Below, in pieces: positions 9,726-19,964 of a stretch of 43,095 nt of DNA (the stretch's first letter is position 1; every line of letters starts with the position of its first letter). Location: the NCBI GenBank assembly GCA_963693365.1, contig CAVNZM010000038.1:1-43095 (forward strand). The letters run 5' to 3'. The notes beneath the pieces are model-generated. The model made no database searches, had not been told where the DNA came from, and worked only from the letters and a program-made list of their open reading frames with translations. This stretch comes from Amoebidium appalachense. Its lineage: Eukaryota > Protista > Ichthyosporea. The translations under genes and the position numbers were made by a program.

Positions 9726-9956
9726 ATGTCCGCGCTCGCCAACGTGATGATGTTTGTCTTCTGGGCGCTCGCCGTCGGCTCCATGGCCGGGTTCATGAGC
9801 CTGTACAGCGCCATGACGAAGGAGAAGTGCGTCGAGGCCGCCGTGAAGAACAGGTACGAGGCCTCGAACACTGCCGTGATGGTGGCCCTGGTGGTCACCG
9901 TGTTTGCGTACCTCATCTACGGCGTGTACGCGTCGGCCTCCTCCGCGCAGGTATAA
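9726..9956 (+). CDS. Small two-TM membrane protein
   Basis: 76 aa MSALANVMMFVFWALAV... with two hydrophobic segments. Confidence 0.7.
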   Translation: MSALANVMMFVFWALAVGSMAGFMSLYSAMTKEKCVEAAVKNRYEASNTAVMVALVVTVFAYLIYGVYASASSAQV

Positions 9957-9993
9957 AGGGAGCTCGTCCGCAATTGTTGCGCCCAGTCTCAGT

Positions 9994-10386
9994 ATGGGTG
10001 CCGTCGCCTCGCAGCCCATCGTGTGCGCGCCGGTGCAGACCTTCTTCGTCACCACGGACGCCGACTGCTCACCCGTCCTCGTCACCAACCGCCTCATGGG
10101 CACGCTGACCGTGGACTCGACCCGCGTGACCGTGTGGGCGTCCACGCGCCCGCTCTACTTTCTGCCCACCACGGGCCTCAAGGCCATGCCCCCGGACCAG
10201 TACCTGCCGGCGGCCGTGCAGCACGGCTGCGACGCACTGCTGGCGAACCGGCTGGTGCTGGGGGGCGACCCCGAGTCGCTGGGGCTTGTGCGCCTGGCCG
10301 ACATGACGCCGCGCGAGTTCAAGCAGTACCGGCCGATCTTCGTGTCCGGCACCATCACCACGTCCGTCACCGTGCCGCAGCTCTAG
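9994..10386 (+). CDS. Hypothetical protein with N-myristoylation-like start (MGAVAS)
   Basis: 130 aa, GC3-rich, TATA box 42 nt upstream. Confidence 0.65.
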   Translation: MGAVASQPIVCAPVQTFFVTTDADCSPVLVTNRLMGTLTVDSTRVTVWASTRPLYFLPTTGLKAMPPDQYLPAAVQHGCDALLANRLVLGGDPESLGLVRLADMTPREFKQYRPIFVSGTITTSVTVPQL

Positions 10387-11041
10387 GCGTCATAGTCTCG
10401 CACCACGCCAGGTCCTTGAGGAACAGCCCCATGTTGAAGTACTGCACCAGGCTGTTGAGGCCCGCCAGGAACGGCCGCCGAAACATCGGGTTGCCGGCCA
10501 TCCCCGGCACCGGGTGGTTCCAGCGCGACTTGAGCGCCACCTCGAACACCTCGTCCGCGAGGAACCACTGCATGTTGCGCTTCTCCAGGAAGTCGTACTT
10601 GACGCGCAGCGTGCCGTCGCGCACCTCCGTCGACCCCGGCAGAGCCAGCTGGCCTGCCGACAGCGCCTGGCGCGCAGCCCGGAACCGGTGCGGCAGGTGC
10701 GGGTCAAATGGGATCTGCACCATATACGTAATAAAGTAGCGGTTCTGACCGGCCGCTCCCGCAAACCTGAGCACGTACGCCCGGTCCCGCAGGATGCCCT
10801 CGAGCATCGGGCGGGGGATCACAGTGTCCAGTGTCTCCTCGTAGAACTCCATGACCGTGGTCTCCTCCACGGTCAGGCCCGCCTTGAGCCTCCCGCCAAA
10901 CACCCCGTACCTCCCGTCACTGTCCTCCTGTCCGAGGAGGAACAGCACGCGGCGGTCGTGCACGGCGTAGGGCAGCACGCCGGCGCCGATGATGCGACAG
11001 TCATCGTCGTGGTAGGGGATGCACATGTCCAGGACCTTCAT
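10367..11041 (-). CDS. Nudix hydrolase (NCLDV decapping-like)
   Basis: GAGVLPY...FLLGQE...FGGRLKAGLTVEETTVMEFYEET, a divergent Nudix box. Confidence 0.85.
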   Translation of the reverse strand: MKVLDMCIPYHDDDCRIIGAGVLPYAVHDRRVLFLLGQEDSDGRYGVFGGRLKAGLTVEETTVMEFYEETLDTVIPRPMLEGILRDRAYVLRFAGAAGQNRYFITYMVQIPFDPHLPHRFRAARQALSAGQLALPGSTEVRDGTLRVKYDFLEKRNMQWFLADEVFEVALKSRWNHPVPGMAGNPMFRRPFLAGLNSLVQYFNMGLFLKDLAWCETMTPRAAAR

Positions 11042-11299
11042 CAAGTGGAGGGGAGATAATCTGGGGTGGGGTCGGTGCCAAACTCACCAGAAACTTGGGG
11101 GCGAGCGCGCCCGGCACCGCTGGGTGAATATCGGGTGAACCAGGTGCGCTCCAAACAAAAAAAAATGCAATGCAATCCCGTTGGACCAAACTTGCATCCC
11201 GGGCCCCGAATTATTACACACCTGGCCAGCCAGATGATACAAAACACACCCGAACCCGCCATCCCCACAGCAGCCCTGCCAATTGTTGGGGATGACAGG

Positions 11300-12223
11300 C
11301 TACCCCAGCACGTGCTTCTCCAGGAAGCGCACGGGGTACACCTTGACCGGGCGCAGGTCCCCCTGCACCATCTTCAACGTCTCCTCGGGCTCGCAGCCCT
11401 CCTGCTCGCGCCACGTGCGTGCGAGCATCCGGCCGACCGTGCTGCTGGACCTGTCGGTGATGCCTCGGTCGACGAGGAACTTGGCAACGGTCACGTACCC
11501 GCCGATCGCAGACTCCTCGATGGCCGCATGCTAGTTCGGGTAAGGACAAGGATGTTGGCAAGGGTGTCGTTGAGCAGCATGCGCATGCGTGGGTCCCTAT
11601 CGAGGCCAAAGTCTTCCAGGAGGCCACGGTACATGGTGATATTTTCCACACGCATGCGCCCGTTCTCCTCCTTTCTCAATCAGGCGCCTGACCTCCGCCT
11701 CCTCCCGGCGCAGACGCAGCCGACGCTCCTCCTCCAGCTCCTCGCGGCGCCGCTTGCGGTCGGGGGTCTCGTCGGTGCCGTTGCGGAAGAACTCACGCTC
11801 CTCGGGGGTGCTGGCGTCGTAGCGCGCCTCAATCTCGGGGATGAGGGAGACGTCGCCGGAAAGCAGCCGGGCTATGTAGGTGGCACACGTCCTGCGGAAC
11901 TCGTGGGCGCGCTTGCCGGGAAGCAGGAAGATGATCTCGAGGAGGACACGGAAGGGGGCGATTGGGGTGGGCTTTCCAACCCCATTGATCTGGGCGTCCT
12001 CAGCCTCGCTGAGGATGTCAACAACACTATGGTCCTTTGATTTCTTGATCTGTGACCATGCCTCGTACATCGCCGCCTTTCCAATCACCATTGAAATCAC
12101 ATCTAGGACACTTGCCATGTTCTTGTCTCTGTCAATGCGCATAGTGCAACCTTTGAACTGCGGGAACTCCCTCCAAAGGTCCTGAAGCCACATGTCGCCT
12201 TTTTTGTTCTGCTCGCCAGCCAT
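11300..12223 (-). pseudogene. Frameshifted paralogue of the Bro-like DNA-binding gene at 27924-28841
   Basis: ORF pieces 11597-12223, 11491-11679 and 11300-11494 align end to end with the intact 305-aa paralogue; two frameshifts near 11680 and 11525. Confidence 0.85.
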
Positions 12224-12259
12224 GCTGTGTCCGACTGACCTCCTCTGCCGGGCGCTGCT

Positions 12260-12270
12260 CTTTTATACCT
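12260..12270 (-). promoter_or_regulatory. TATA box AGGTATAAAAG
   Basis: 44 nt upstream of the ATG at 12223. Confidence 0.7.
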
Positions 12271-12415
12271 TCAGACCAGGAGAACGGGAGCCCCGACGCC
12301 CGGCACGGTTGGTGTCGGCCTCCCAGGCTGCCAGCCGCTTGTCGTAGAGTAAACTGCATCAACACGGAAAGTGCGCCGGACGTGTACATGTAGCAATCTT
12401 TTTGGGGTCCCGGGT

Positions 12416-14557
12416 ATGGCGAATATTCTGGAGGATCTGGACTTGGTGGAAAACATGGAGGACGAGGACACGGACAGCATGGAGGACGAGGGCACGGACA
12501 GCATGGAGGACGAGGACACGGACCCCTTCTCAGATGCGTATTTTGAAGTCCTGGAAGCTGCAGGGGTTGTTGAGCCTGGCACGACGGTCGACGACTGGTT
12601 CTGCGCCGACCCGGCAGACATAAGTGCGCTCCGGACAGGTAGAAACTGGTGGCCGAACAAGCGCGCTGTTCAGGAGGCCGTGGACAACGGCACGGTGCAG
12701 CGGGCGATTGAGCGCCTGCAACAGCAGGGCCTGGAAATGCCCGAAGGACGGGGGATGGAAGACCTAATAATCGAAACGCTGGTGTTCATGCGCGTGGCCC
12801 GCCAGGCACTCTCCGAGTCTGGGATGGTGCGAAAGGTGTCAACCTTGTGGGGTGGGGAGCCTGAGAACCGCGACCCCTACATACGCGAAAATCTGGAAGA
12901 TCTGGTGAGCCCCGCCGTGCGCGAAGAGGTAAAGGCGGCCAAGCGCAATGGGGACGAGAATGCCATTCAAAATATTATGGATGATCCGGAAATCCGCGCC
13001 CAGATCACAGACGCGCTGTGGTGCAGGGCTGCTCGCAGGGCCAATCGTCTCAAGCGCCTGGAAACAGCTCTGTACATGTCCGAGGGGCTCACCAAGAGAG
13101 AGTACATATTCAGGTACGCAGATGAGTTGTTTCCCTCGTACGCCGCGGCACGGATACGTAATATACCAATGGGTGATAACGAAGCATGGGAAAGGGCCGT
13201 CGAAACTGAAATGCTAGACGAAGCTGTGGTGGAGGAAGTCCGGAAGAAACTTATGAAACGCGCCACCAGTATTGGCGGCAAATATGTCGGAATCTTCCAG
13301 TTGGCTCTCAACGAGATGATAGCAAGCCACGGTGGCGTCATTCCAAACATGCAACAACGTCCCCACAATGGCGATGTCGAAATGGCTGTAGAACCCGAAG
13401 CCCCGGATTCGGATTCGATGCCCCAGGCTCCATCTGGTAGCACTGCACCGGTGTCCGGGTCTGCCATGGATCTTTCGCACGCGGAGGGCGATGAAGATGA
13501 TGCGAACATTTTCGAATGGACCGCACAAGGCCTTGTCAAACTATTTGCTACGTTGACCGCTGACTCTCCGCACCAGGCGAATCGGCTTTGTTATGAGCAC
13601 AAGTGGGAGCTTGTTGACAAGTTTGAGTTGTTCGCGCGCGGTGCGCTCGAGATCGCCAGACGACGTCAAATGAAAGAAGATTTGGGCAAAATGCTGAAGG
13701 CAGATTTGGACGCAGAAGAGGCAGACGCTAAAGACGAAGAGGACGAGGAGGACCGCGCGTTTGTGGTCCCTGATGACGACCCGGAGGTGCAGCCACCAGA
13801 CAACAATGCACCCGACACCTTTTCCGACGAGCTCCGCGACCTGAGGGCTGCGGTACAGATTGCACAACCCGAGACCAGGATCGAAGCCGTGAGGCAGGTT
13901 CTTGACTGGCTGGCGAGACAGCCGAACGGGGTGTACCACCCACCGCCGCCACGGATGCTGTTCCACAGGTTGCCGTCTCCATTGGACCTGTCAGACTGGC
14001 TCACCCGGACGATTTCTCCCATGGATGAAGAGGACATGAGGATCCCAGAAGGGGTTTACAACGCGCTGCAGAAGTGGATCAGGTACACGAAACTTAGACG
14101 CCTAGAAGCCCTGCGCGCAAATTTCAGACCGGCCCCGTCGACCGCGGAGTTAGAGGCATACGTAGAGAGAATGTACAGGGCGATCAACGGCTTGCTCCCG
14201 GATCGCTTCCACAACCACACTAATGATTGGACGGGACGGTTTGATGCCTACCCCAGCGAAACAGCAGCCATCATACTCCTTTCTGGGGCAGAACCCCGGG
14301 GGGATCCATTGGCGGCGGCAGACGGCGACCCCATATTTGCGAGGATGCTCATCATCGCCGCAGGGGTCCAGGGATTGCACGATGCAGGGGTTTTTCAGTT
14401 TACAGGTGTGGAGTCGCCGGTTAGACCGGTGGTTGAAGACTTGCCATTAGGACCGGCTGGCAATACCCGGTGGACGCGGTCTGGAACAACGCATGCCCTG
14501 AGGACCACCAAAAGGCAAAGGAGACAGCTCAGGCATTACAGGCCACCCGGGCAGTAA
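12416..14557 (+). CDS. Large acidic hypothetical protein with a basic C-terminal tail
   Basis: 713-aa ORF from the ATG at 12416; D/E tracts; KRQRRQLR end. Confidence 0.8.
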   Translation: MANILEDLDLVENMEDEDTDSMEDEGTDSMEDEDTDPFSDAYFEVLEAAGVVEPGTTVDDWFCADPADISALRTGRNWWPNKRAVQEAVDNGTVQRAIERLQQQGLEMPEGRGMEDLIIETLVFMRVARQALSESGMVRKVSTLWGGEPENRDPYIRENLEDLVSPAVREEVKAAKRNGDENAIQNIMDDPEIRAQITDALWCRAARRANRLKRLETALYMSEGLTKREYIFRYADELFPSYAAARIRNIPMGDNEAWERAVETEMLDEAVVEEVRKKLMKRATSIGGKYVGIFQLALNEMIASHGGVIPNMQQRPHNGDVEMAVEPEAPDSDSMPQAPSGSTAPVSGSAMDLSHAEGDEDDANIFEWTAQGLVKLFATLTADSPHQANRLCYEHKWELVDKFELFARGALEIARRRQMKEDLGKMLKADLDAEEADAKDEEDEEDRAFVVPDDDPEVQPPDNNAPDTFSDELRDLRAAVQIAQPETRIEAVRQVLDWLARQPNGVYHPPPPRMLFHRLPSPLDLSDWLTRTISPMDEEDMRIPEGVYNALQKWIRYTKLRRLEALRANFRPAPSTAELEAYVERMYRAINGLLPDRFHNHTNDWTGRFDAYPSETAAIILLSGAEPRGDPLAAADGDPIFARMLIIAAGVQGLHDAGVFQFTGVESPVRPVVEDLPLGPAGNTRWTRSGTTHALRTTKRQRRQLRHYRPPGQ
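12455..12523 (+). repeat. In-frame 24-bp tandem repeat x3 (MEDEDTDS)
   Basis: Unit atggaggacgaggacacggacagc repeated. Confidence 0.9.
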
Positions 14558-14608
14558 ACAAGCGAACACAATCGAAGCCACCAAAGTTTTGGGGTGTTGA
14601 ATCTATAG

Positions 14609-16114
14609 ATGGCACACGGGCGAGGGAGGGATGTAGTGGAAAGATTTCCCGTGAAGCCGCGCTGCTTTTTCAGGTTCGTAAAGAAAAATGCAGAACATTT
14701 TGTGGAAGAAACGCCGGTCTCCCCCAGCACTCAGACGTACGCATGGACACCGGAAAACGGTTGCCTCTCCCTCTCCCTGGAAAGCACAGAACCCGACACG
14801 ATCCCGGTGTATCTTGCCTGTGTTAAACGTCTCCGGTTCGATGCGCAACAGGATGGCTACTCCGTGAATATCGAGTTCGAGAACCAAGATAGTCCTGGGA
14901 TACGCACCTTCGACACAACTTACGATTCGGTTCGAAACTTCATGTTGGACAAGAGGGGCAATGCTTTCAAGGAGATCATGGTGAAGCACGCCCCATACCA
15001 GATCGAGGAGTACAAAAAGAGTACCATCCCTGGGAACCCAACACCCCCATATTTGCAGGAGGATTCGGTAGCAGACTTCTTGTTTGACAAACTGTACCGC
15101 GGGGCCCAACAAATTTCGGGGTCCATAAAAGATTTGATAGGGTTGGGGTCTGTGTGGACTTCGCCTGCAGTAGAGGGGAGAACCAATACTATAGTAATGC
15201 TACAGACATATCTTCCGAAGTCCACAATTTTCGCCCCCGGAGAATTGCTCCGTACACAACCCAACAACGAGTCAATGACTGTCCAGCAATCGTTTAGGAA
15301 TTTCAGGAACGATGGCTTCATGACCACCATATCGATGCCTAAATGGAAGTTCTTTTTTAGGAACGAACTCGCGACAATGTTGTTCCAATGGCTGACTGAC
15401 CCCCAACGGGTGCCCTACTTTATTATATACACAGGTGAAGTGCACCATGCTTCTGTCATCATACTCGTTTCAGGTGACAAGTCGAGTATAGTTCTGGAGT
15501 TCTTCAATGTCCATGCCCCGAGTAGCACGTTGACAAAAGCCCTTGTCTCATTCATGAGAAGCGCTGATCCCACAGGCAAGCTGAAAGACATACTTCGATC
15601 CCTCAAACCCGAAAGTGTTTGCACTGATTTGCAAAATCTTCATGGAAAAAGGACATTGTACGACGAATTGTTTGACAGAGACGAGGTGGTCGATGGGGCC
15701 TGTGCGTCTTGGTTGAGTATTTACATACTGTTGCGGACTTCACAAGCCGACTGGTCGTCCATACCGGGTGCGGATGGGCACACCATAGGCGAGCGGATCT
15801 GCAACTTCATCAAGACGAAAATCGCAAGGGATGGGGGATTCCAAGCGGTTTATAAGGTCGGGGGGACGATCGCGATGTACGGAAAGCGCCTGGTCGAACT
15901 CTACGGGGCTAAGATGTATCAAACTGCGGATTGGTGGGCGCAAGACGGCGTCAATCAACAGGAGCGTTACCGAGAGGTCGTGGACATGGTGCTTTCCAAG
16001 AAAGTTCTCGTATTGACCGATGCCGAGCTCAAGGATGCAGGACTGCCAACACGCAAGGACGGCGAGCAGCTTGTGAACGAGGTCCGAGAACAAGCGGCGC
16101 GCCTCCTCCCCTGA
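14609..16114 (+). CDS. CE-clan (Ulp1/adenain-like) cysteine protease-like protein, paralogue A
   Basis: His-Asn-Gln-Cys order: HASVIIL...EFFN...LQ...GACASWLSIYILLR. Confidence 0.65.
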   Translation: MAHGRGRDVVERFPVKPRCFFRFVKKNAEHFVEETPVSPSTQTYAWTPENGCLSLSLESTEPDTIPVYLACVKRLRFDAQQDGYSVNIEFENQDSPGIRTFDTTYDSVRNFMLDKRGNAFKEIMVKHAPYQIEEYKKSTIPGNPTPPYLQEDSVADFLFDKLYRGAQQISGSIKDLIGLGSVWTSPAVEGRTNTIVMLQTYLPKSTIFAPGELLRTQPNNESMTVQQSFRNFRNDGFMTTISMPKWKFFFRNELATMLFQWLTDPQRVPYFIIYTGEVHHASVIILVSGDKSSIVLEFFNVHAPSSTLTKALVSFMRSADPTGKLKDILRSLKPESVCTDLQNLHGKRTLYDELFDRDEVVDGACASWLSIYILLRTSQADWSSIPGADGHTIGERICNFIKTKIARDGGFQAVYKVGGTIAMYGKRLVELYGAKMYQTADWWAQDGVNQQERYREVVDMVLSKKVLVLTDAELKDAGLPTRKDGEQLVNEVREQAARLLP

Positions 16115-16156
16115 GGGCATCAAAAGGTCAAGAATTGAGGTGGATTGATCCCTGCC

Positions 16157-16522
16157 TCAGCGGAGGACCTCCCTTCTCAGCGCAGCGGCCAGCCGCGCGA
16201 GCCAGGCGGTGCGGTCGTCGCCCAGGCGTGTGGCAAAGTCGGCATAGGACATCTGTGCCGAGAACCATTGACCCTTCTCCTCGTTCCAGTAGCGCAGGCC
16301 GTTGACATTGGAAACTTCCATGCGCGGGCACCGGCCACATTCGCCAAAACGGGCTGTGTCGGCCTCCCAGCCCGCGGCCAGGCGCTTGTCATAAAGCAGG
16401 GCGGCACAGGCGGGTGCGTCGCAGGGCGGGTCACGACCGAACACCGTGCGCACCGCATCTCGCAGCGCAAGCGCAAGCAGGGTGGTCACGCAGAGGGCCA
16501 TGAGCAGGAGTACCAGCTGCAT
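16157..16522 (-). CDS. Small secreted or membrane protein
   Basis: Hydrophobic N-terminus and Cys pairs. Confidence 0.6.
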   Translation of the reverse strand: MQLVLLLMALCVTTLLALALRDAVRTVFGRDPPCDAPACAALLYDKRLAAGWEADTARFGECGRCPRMEVSNVNGLRYWNEEKGQWFSAQMSYADFATRLGDDRTAWLARLAAALRREVLR

Positions 16523-16570
16523 TGTTACGTCACGGGCGCATTTTGTGCCGGCTTAATCTTCCTGTAGTGC

Positions 16571-17158
16571 ATGCACATCACGCACGGCGACCGCTTCGTC
16601 AGCCGCAACCTCGCGCTGCTCAGCTGCCCGGTGGAGTGGCCCGAGGACCTGGCCAACACGAGGCACACGGGCATGGGCCTGCGGTGGCGGCGTGACGGCG
16701 ACAAGGTCACCGCCATGCTCGGTGAGACACGCATGTACTGGAGGGCGCTGCCCGAGGCCAACGTCGTCACGTTCACCGATGACCCGGCTCAGGCGAGCTC
16801 TTTTGGGTTCAGCGACTGCCCGCTCCCGCAGCCCAACCACGTTCCCGACACGGGTCTGGCGGGCGTGCGGGTGCGTCTGCACGACAAAGACCTGCCGGCT
16901 CTCCCCCCACCTAGCGCACCGCCCCAGGGCCGCGTGGAGCTCGGCGTGGCCTTCTCCATCGGCGTGCTCGGCGTGGGGCCCCTGCCCATGCCCTCGTGGT
17001 TTGTGTCCTCGGTCGCAGACACGAGCCCCACCATGCAGTATGGGTTCCGCGGCGTCAACCTTGCGCTGTGCCTGCTGCACGTGTGGCGCGTGCGCGTGTG
17101 CGTGGACCTGTTCCCGTTCCCGGGCCTGACGCTTTTTCTGGCGCTGCTCGAGCTCTGA
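16571..17158 (+). CDS. Hypothetical protein
   Basis: 195-aa ATG ORF with strong GC3 bias. Confidence 0.65.
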   Translation: MHITHGDRFVSRNLALLSCPVEWPEDLANTRHTGMGLRWRRDGDKVTAMLGETRMYWRALPEANVVTFTDDPAQASSFGFSDCPLPQPNHVPDTGLAGVRVRLHDKDLPALPPPSAPPQGRVELGVAFSIGVLGVGPLPMPSWFVSSVADTSPTMQYGFRGVNLALCLLHVWRVRVCVDLFPFPGLTLFLALLEL

Positions 17159-17178
17159 TATTTTGTAGCCATCTATCA

Positions 17179-17574
17179 ATGCGTGCGCTGCTCCTGTGTC
17201 CCCCCCTGCTTGCACTGGTCCTTGCGGCCCCCGAGTGCCTGGTGTTTGCGAGCTCGGCAACCCTTGCGGCAACCACCGCGCACGTGCCGCCCAGCTCCAC
17301 TGCCGAAACAAAGACGTGGTGGGCGACCCTGACGCACGTGGAGACCGTTGCAGCCACCACCACAGCCGCCGCTTCGATTCAAACCATCGAAACCACCTCG
17401 GCCTGGGAAACTCCCACCGAAACGGACACCGACGTATTCGAGATCCCCACCTCCATCACTGAAGGCGACCCAACCGACGAACCCATGCCCACGATGCCCG
17501 TGGACCCGCCCGCACCACCCGCCGGGGTGAACGCATCCAACTGGGAGTGCCGTTGCACGCTCATCAGACGTTAA
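17179..17574 (+). CDS. Secreted Thr/Pro-rich (mucin-like) protein
   Basis: Signal-like MRALLLCPPLLALVLA, T/P/E-rich body, terminal WECRC. Confidence 0.65.
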   Translation: MRALLLCPPLLALVLAAPECLVFASSATLAATTAHVPPSSTAETKTWWATLTHVETVAATTTAAASIQTIETTSAWETPTETDTDVFEIPTSITEGDPTDEPMPTMPVDPPAPPAGVNASNWECRCTLIRR

Positions 17575-17654
17575 TCATTTCTCGGAAAACCAGAGTTGGC
17601 CTGTCCATTCTTTGTTTTGTTCAGCAACGCCAGCTTTTAATTTGCGCAAGAAGA

Positions 17655-18158
17655 ATGGACTTGTCAAATGCGATTGCCTTAATCATTCTAATGCTTACTA
17701 TCGGTGTGTTGGCATGGGCATACATCAAGTACGAACCCAAACCTGCCCCTGGCAAAAACGACAGTACCCCTAAGCCTGGCCCCGGCAAAAACGACAGTAC
17801 CCCTGCAGTCGCACGGACACAGTGGTATGCTTTCGACCAAGTGGGGGACCACAGCACGGACAACACGTTTAACGACTGGCAAGACCCGGTGAACTATGGG
17901 TACACGTCGGCCAGTCAGTGCATTAACCGATGCCAATCTATGAGCGGATGCCAACAGGTGGGCTATTCGCCATGGCAGGATATGGACGGGAAGCGGCCAA
18001 AAGGCTATTGCTACATGAGAAAAGCCGTCAAGAAATGGCCGTTGGATGCGTGGTCAAACAAGTCCGGTGTGGCTGCATCGGAATCGCAGGTCACGTATGT
18101 GATGGCCGCACAAGTGCCGGAGAGCGAGAAGCAACATGGCAAGCTGGTTGAGTTCTAG
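17655..18158 (+). CDS. Membrane-anchored protein with a PAN/apple-like domain
   Basis: N-terminal TM, duplicated PKP.PGKNDST linker, C.x3.C.x5.C...GYCYMR pattern. Confidence 0.65.
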   Translation: MDLSNAIALIILMLTIGVLAWAYIKYEPKPAPGKNDSTPKPGPGKNDSTPAVARTQWYAFDQVGDHSTDNTFNDWQDPVNYGYTSASQCINRCQSMSGCQQVGYSPWQDMDGKRPKGYCYMRKAVKKWPLDAWSNKSGVAASESQVTYVMAAQVPESEKQHGKLVEF

Positions 18159-18336
18159 CATGAATCAGATGAACAAATGTAAGAAAGGCTGGCATTTCCA
18201 TTGCCCCCTGGTTTGGGTGCACGCTGCTACAAAGATATTTGGCAACCTTGTTTTTCTTTGTCGTGTATATGGCCAATTTGATGGCTGTTTGATCTTGTGT
18301 CTAGAGCTGGCTTCTTTTTTATTGTGCCCCAATGTA

Positions 18337-19695
18337 ATGTCGCATGCGCGCTCCCGCATCCTTGACGACATGGCGTCCCACATCGATTTCTCGGCAGCCG
18401 TGGCGCGCCGGGCAGCGTTCCCGCACGGGCCAGCCCTGCCCTCGGCCCCCCGCAGCGTGTCGGTGCCGAGCGAGGCGCCCCCGCGTGTCGAGCCCCCGCA
18501 GCCGCCGCAGGGCCAGTGGCGCTACCACTTCGTGACGGGCGGGTCCGAGTGCCGGCCGCTGCAGGTGGAGTTTCCCGCCACCCAGTCCGTGCACGGCATC
18601 CGTGTTGAGGGCATCAAGGCGCACAGCGTGTACGACGTGTGCGAGGGCGCCAACAAGCTCACGCTGTCGCTGTCGTACCTGGACTCGCCCGACGGCCGGC
18701 CCCCAGGCATGTGGGTGAAGGCGTCCACCGACGTGTACCTGCCTGTGGGCAACTACACCCTGGACACCCTGTGCGCCGAACTCGAGATGCGTCTGGACGC
18801 CGCCATCGCCGCATGCTTCAACCCCAGCTACAGCCCCGAGGAGGTGGCGGACATTTTGGAGATGTACCCGGACACGCTGCCCTACTACGCCAGCGTCACA
18901 CACACGGAGCGGTTGCGCCGGGACGCCGAGCGCAACGGCGAGGCGTGGACCAGGCACCAGGACTTTGTGTGCAAGACGCGGTGGGCGCCACGCCGGCAGG
19001 GCCCGCGCGACGAGATCGCATTCGAGGCGCTGATGCTCGCGCAGCTGTACTACAGGGAGAACGCATGGGCGTGGCGTGAGCTGGCCAACGAGCGTGACAC
19101 CCACGGGCGCATCCAGTGGCCGTTCCACAACACGCTGTACAACCTCATGACGCCCTCGAAGCTCGCGCTGCCCGGGCGACTGGTCATCAGCATCCACCAC
19201 CGCAAGAACATGGACCCGGACACCATGAAGCACTGGCTGCCGTATGCGTCGGTGCCGACGTTCTCGCTTGACGTGTGCCGGGGGCTCGGGAGCGTGCTGG
19301 GAATGGCGGCCGGCGCGCACGTCAGCCACAGCCTGACAGCGGGGCTGCCTCCGCTGGCCCGCTACTTCGACGGGCGAGACCATGCGGCCGTGGAGGAGGG
19401 CGACCAGCAGCTGCCGTGCCAGGGCGACAACATCCAGTGCGTGTTTGGGACGGATGCACCCCTGGGCCCGCGGGGGGCGCTCATGGTGCACGTCATGCAG
19501 GGCGAGACGAACCTGCAGGGGCGCATCATGGCGCCGGGCGTGCAGGGGGCGGCGGGCGGGGCGGTGGACGACATGCTGGCCAGCCCGCAGATCTTGGGGA
19601 CGCTGGATCACGTCGACACGCTGCGACTGGTGGTGGTGGACGAGACCGGGACGCGTGTGACCGGGTGCTTCTCGGCGCTGGTCGCGGTTAAATAA
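18337..19695 (+). CDS. Penton-like minor capsid protein, second paralogue
   Basis: VHGIRVEGI...NKLTL...VYLPVGNYTLDTLCAEL and C-terminal VDTLRLVVVDETG..V...FSALVAV; stop codon abuts AATAAA. Confidence 0.7.
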   Translation: MSHARSRILDDMASHIDFSAAVARRAAFPHGPALPSAPRSVSVPSEAPPRVEPPQPPQGQWRYHFVTGGSECRPLQVEFPATQSVHGIRVEGIKAHSVYDVCEGANKLTLSLSYLDSPDGRPPGMWVKASTDVYLPVGNYTLDTLCAELEMRLDAAIAACFNPSYSPEEVADILEMYPDTLPYYASVTHTERLRRDAERNGEAWTRHQDFVCKTRWAPRRQGPRDEIAFEALMLAQLYYRENAWAWRELANERDTHGRIQWPFHNTLYNLMTPSKLALPGRLVISIHHRKNMDPDTMKHWLPYASVPTFSLDVCRGLGSVLGMAAGAHVSHSLTAGLPPLARYFDGRDHAAVEEGDQQLPCQGDNIQCVFGTDAPLGPRGALMVHVMQGETNLQGRIMAPGVQGAAGGAVDDMLASPQILGTLDHVDTLRLVVVDETGTRVTGCFSALVAVK

Positions 19696-19964
19696 AACAG
19701 ACTCCCAAATATTTCCTGCCGTTTGTAAGGAAGGGATCACTAAAGCCAAAACACACACCCTCTCCCCCAATCACTTACCCCCCCACTCCCGCCCTTCCGT
19801 ACTCTCACCCGTTCCCGTCCTCCCCTTCCTTCGACTTCCTCCCGCCCCTTGTGGGAAAACATTGACGTGCAGGGCAGGTCAGGGCGGATCTTCTCCTGAT
19901 GGGAGACACCTTTGACGTGCAGGGCGGGTCAGGTAGAGCACCTCGGACGTAAGGAGCGCTACCT

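Noticed and set aside
18319-19770. 483-aa antisense ORF, and similar shadows at 3934-5169, 4197-5132, 11066-12040 and 27852-28820
   Set aside because: Shadow ORFs caused by the high GC3 of real genes in another frame or strand; no motifs
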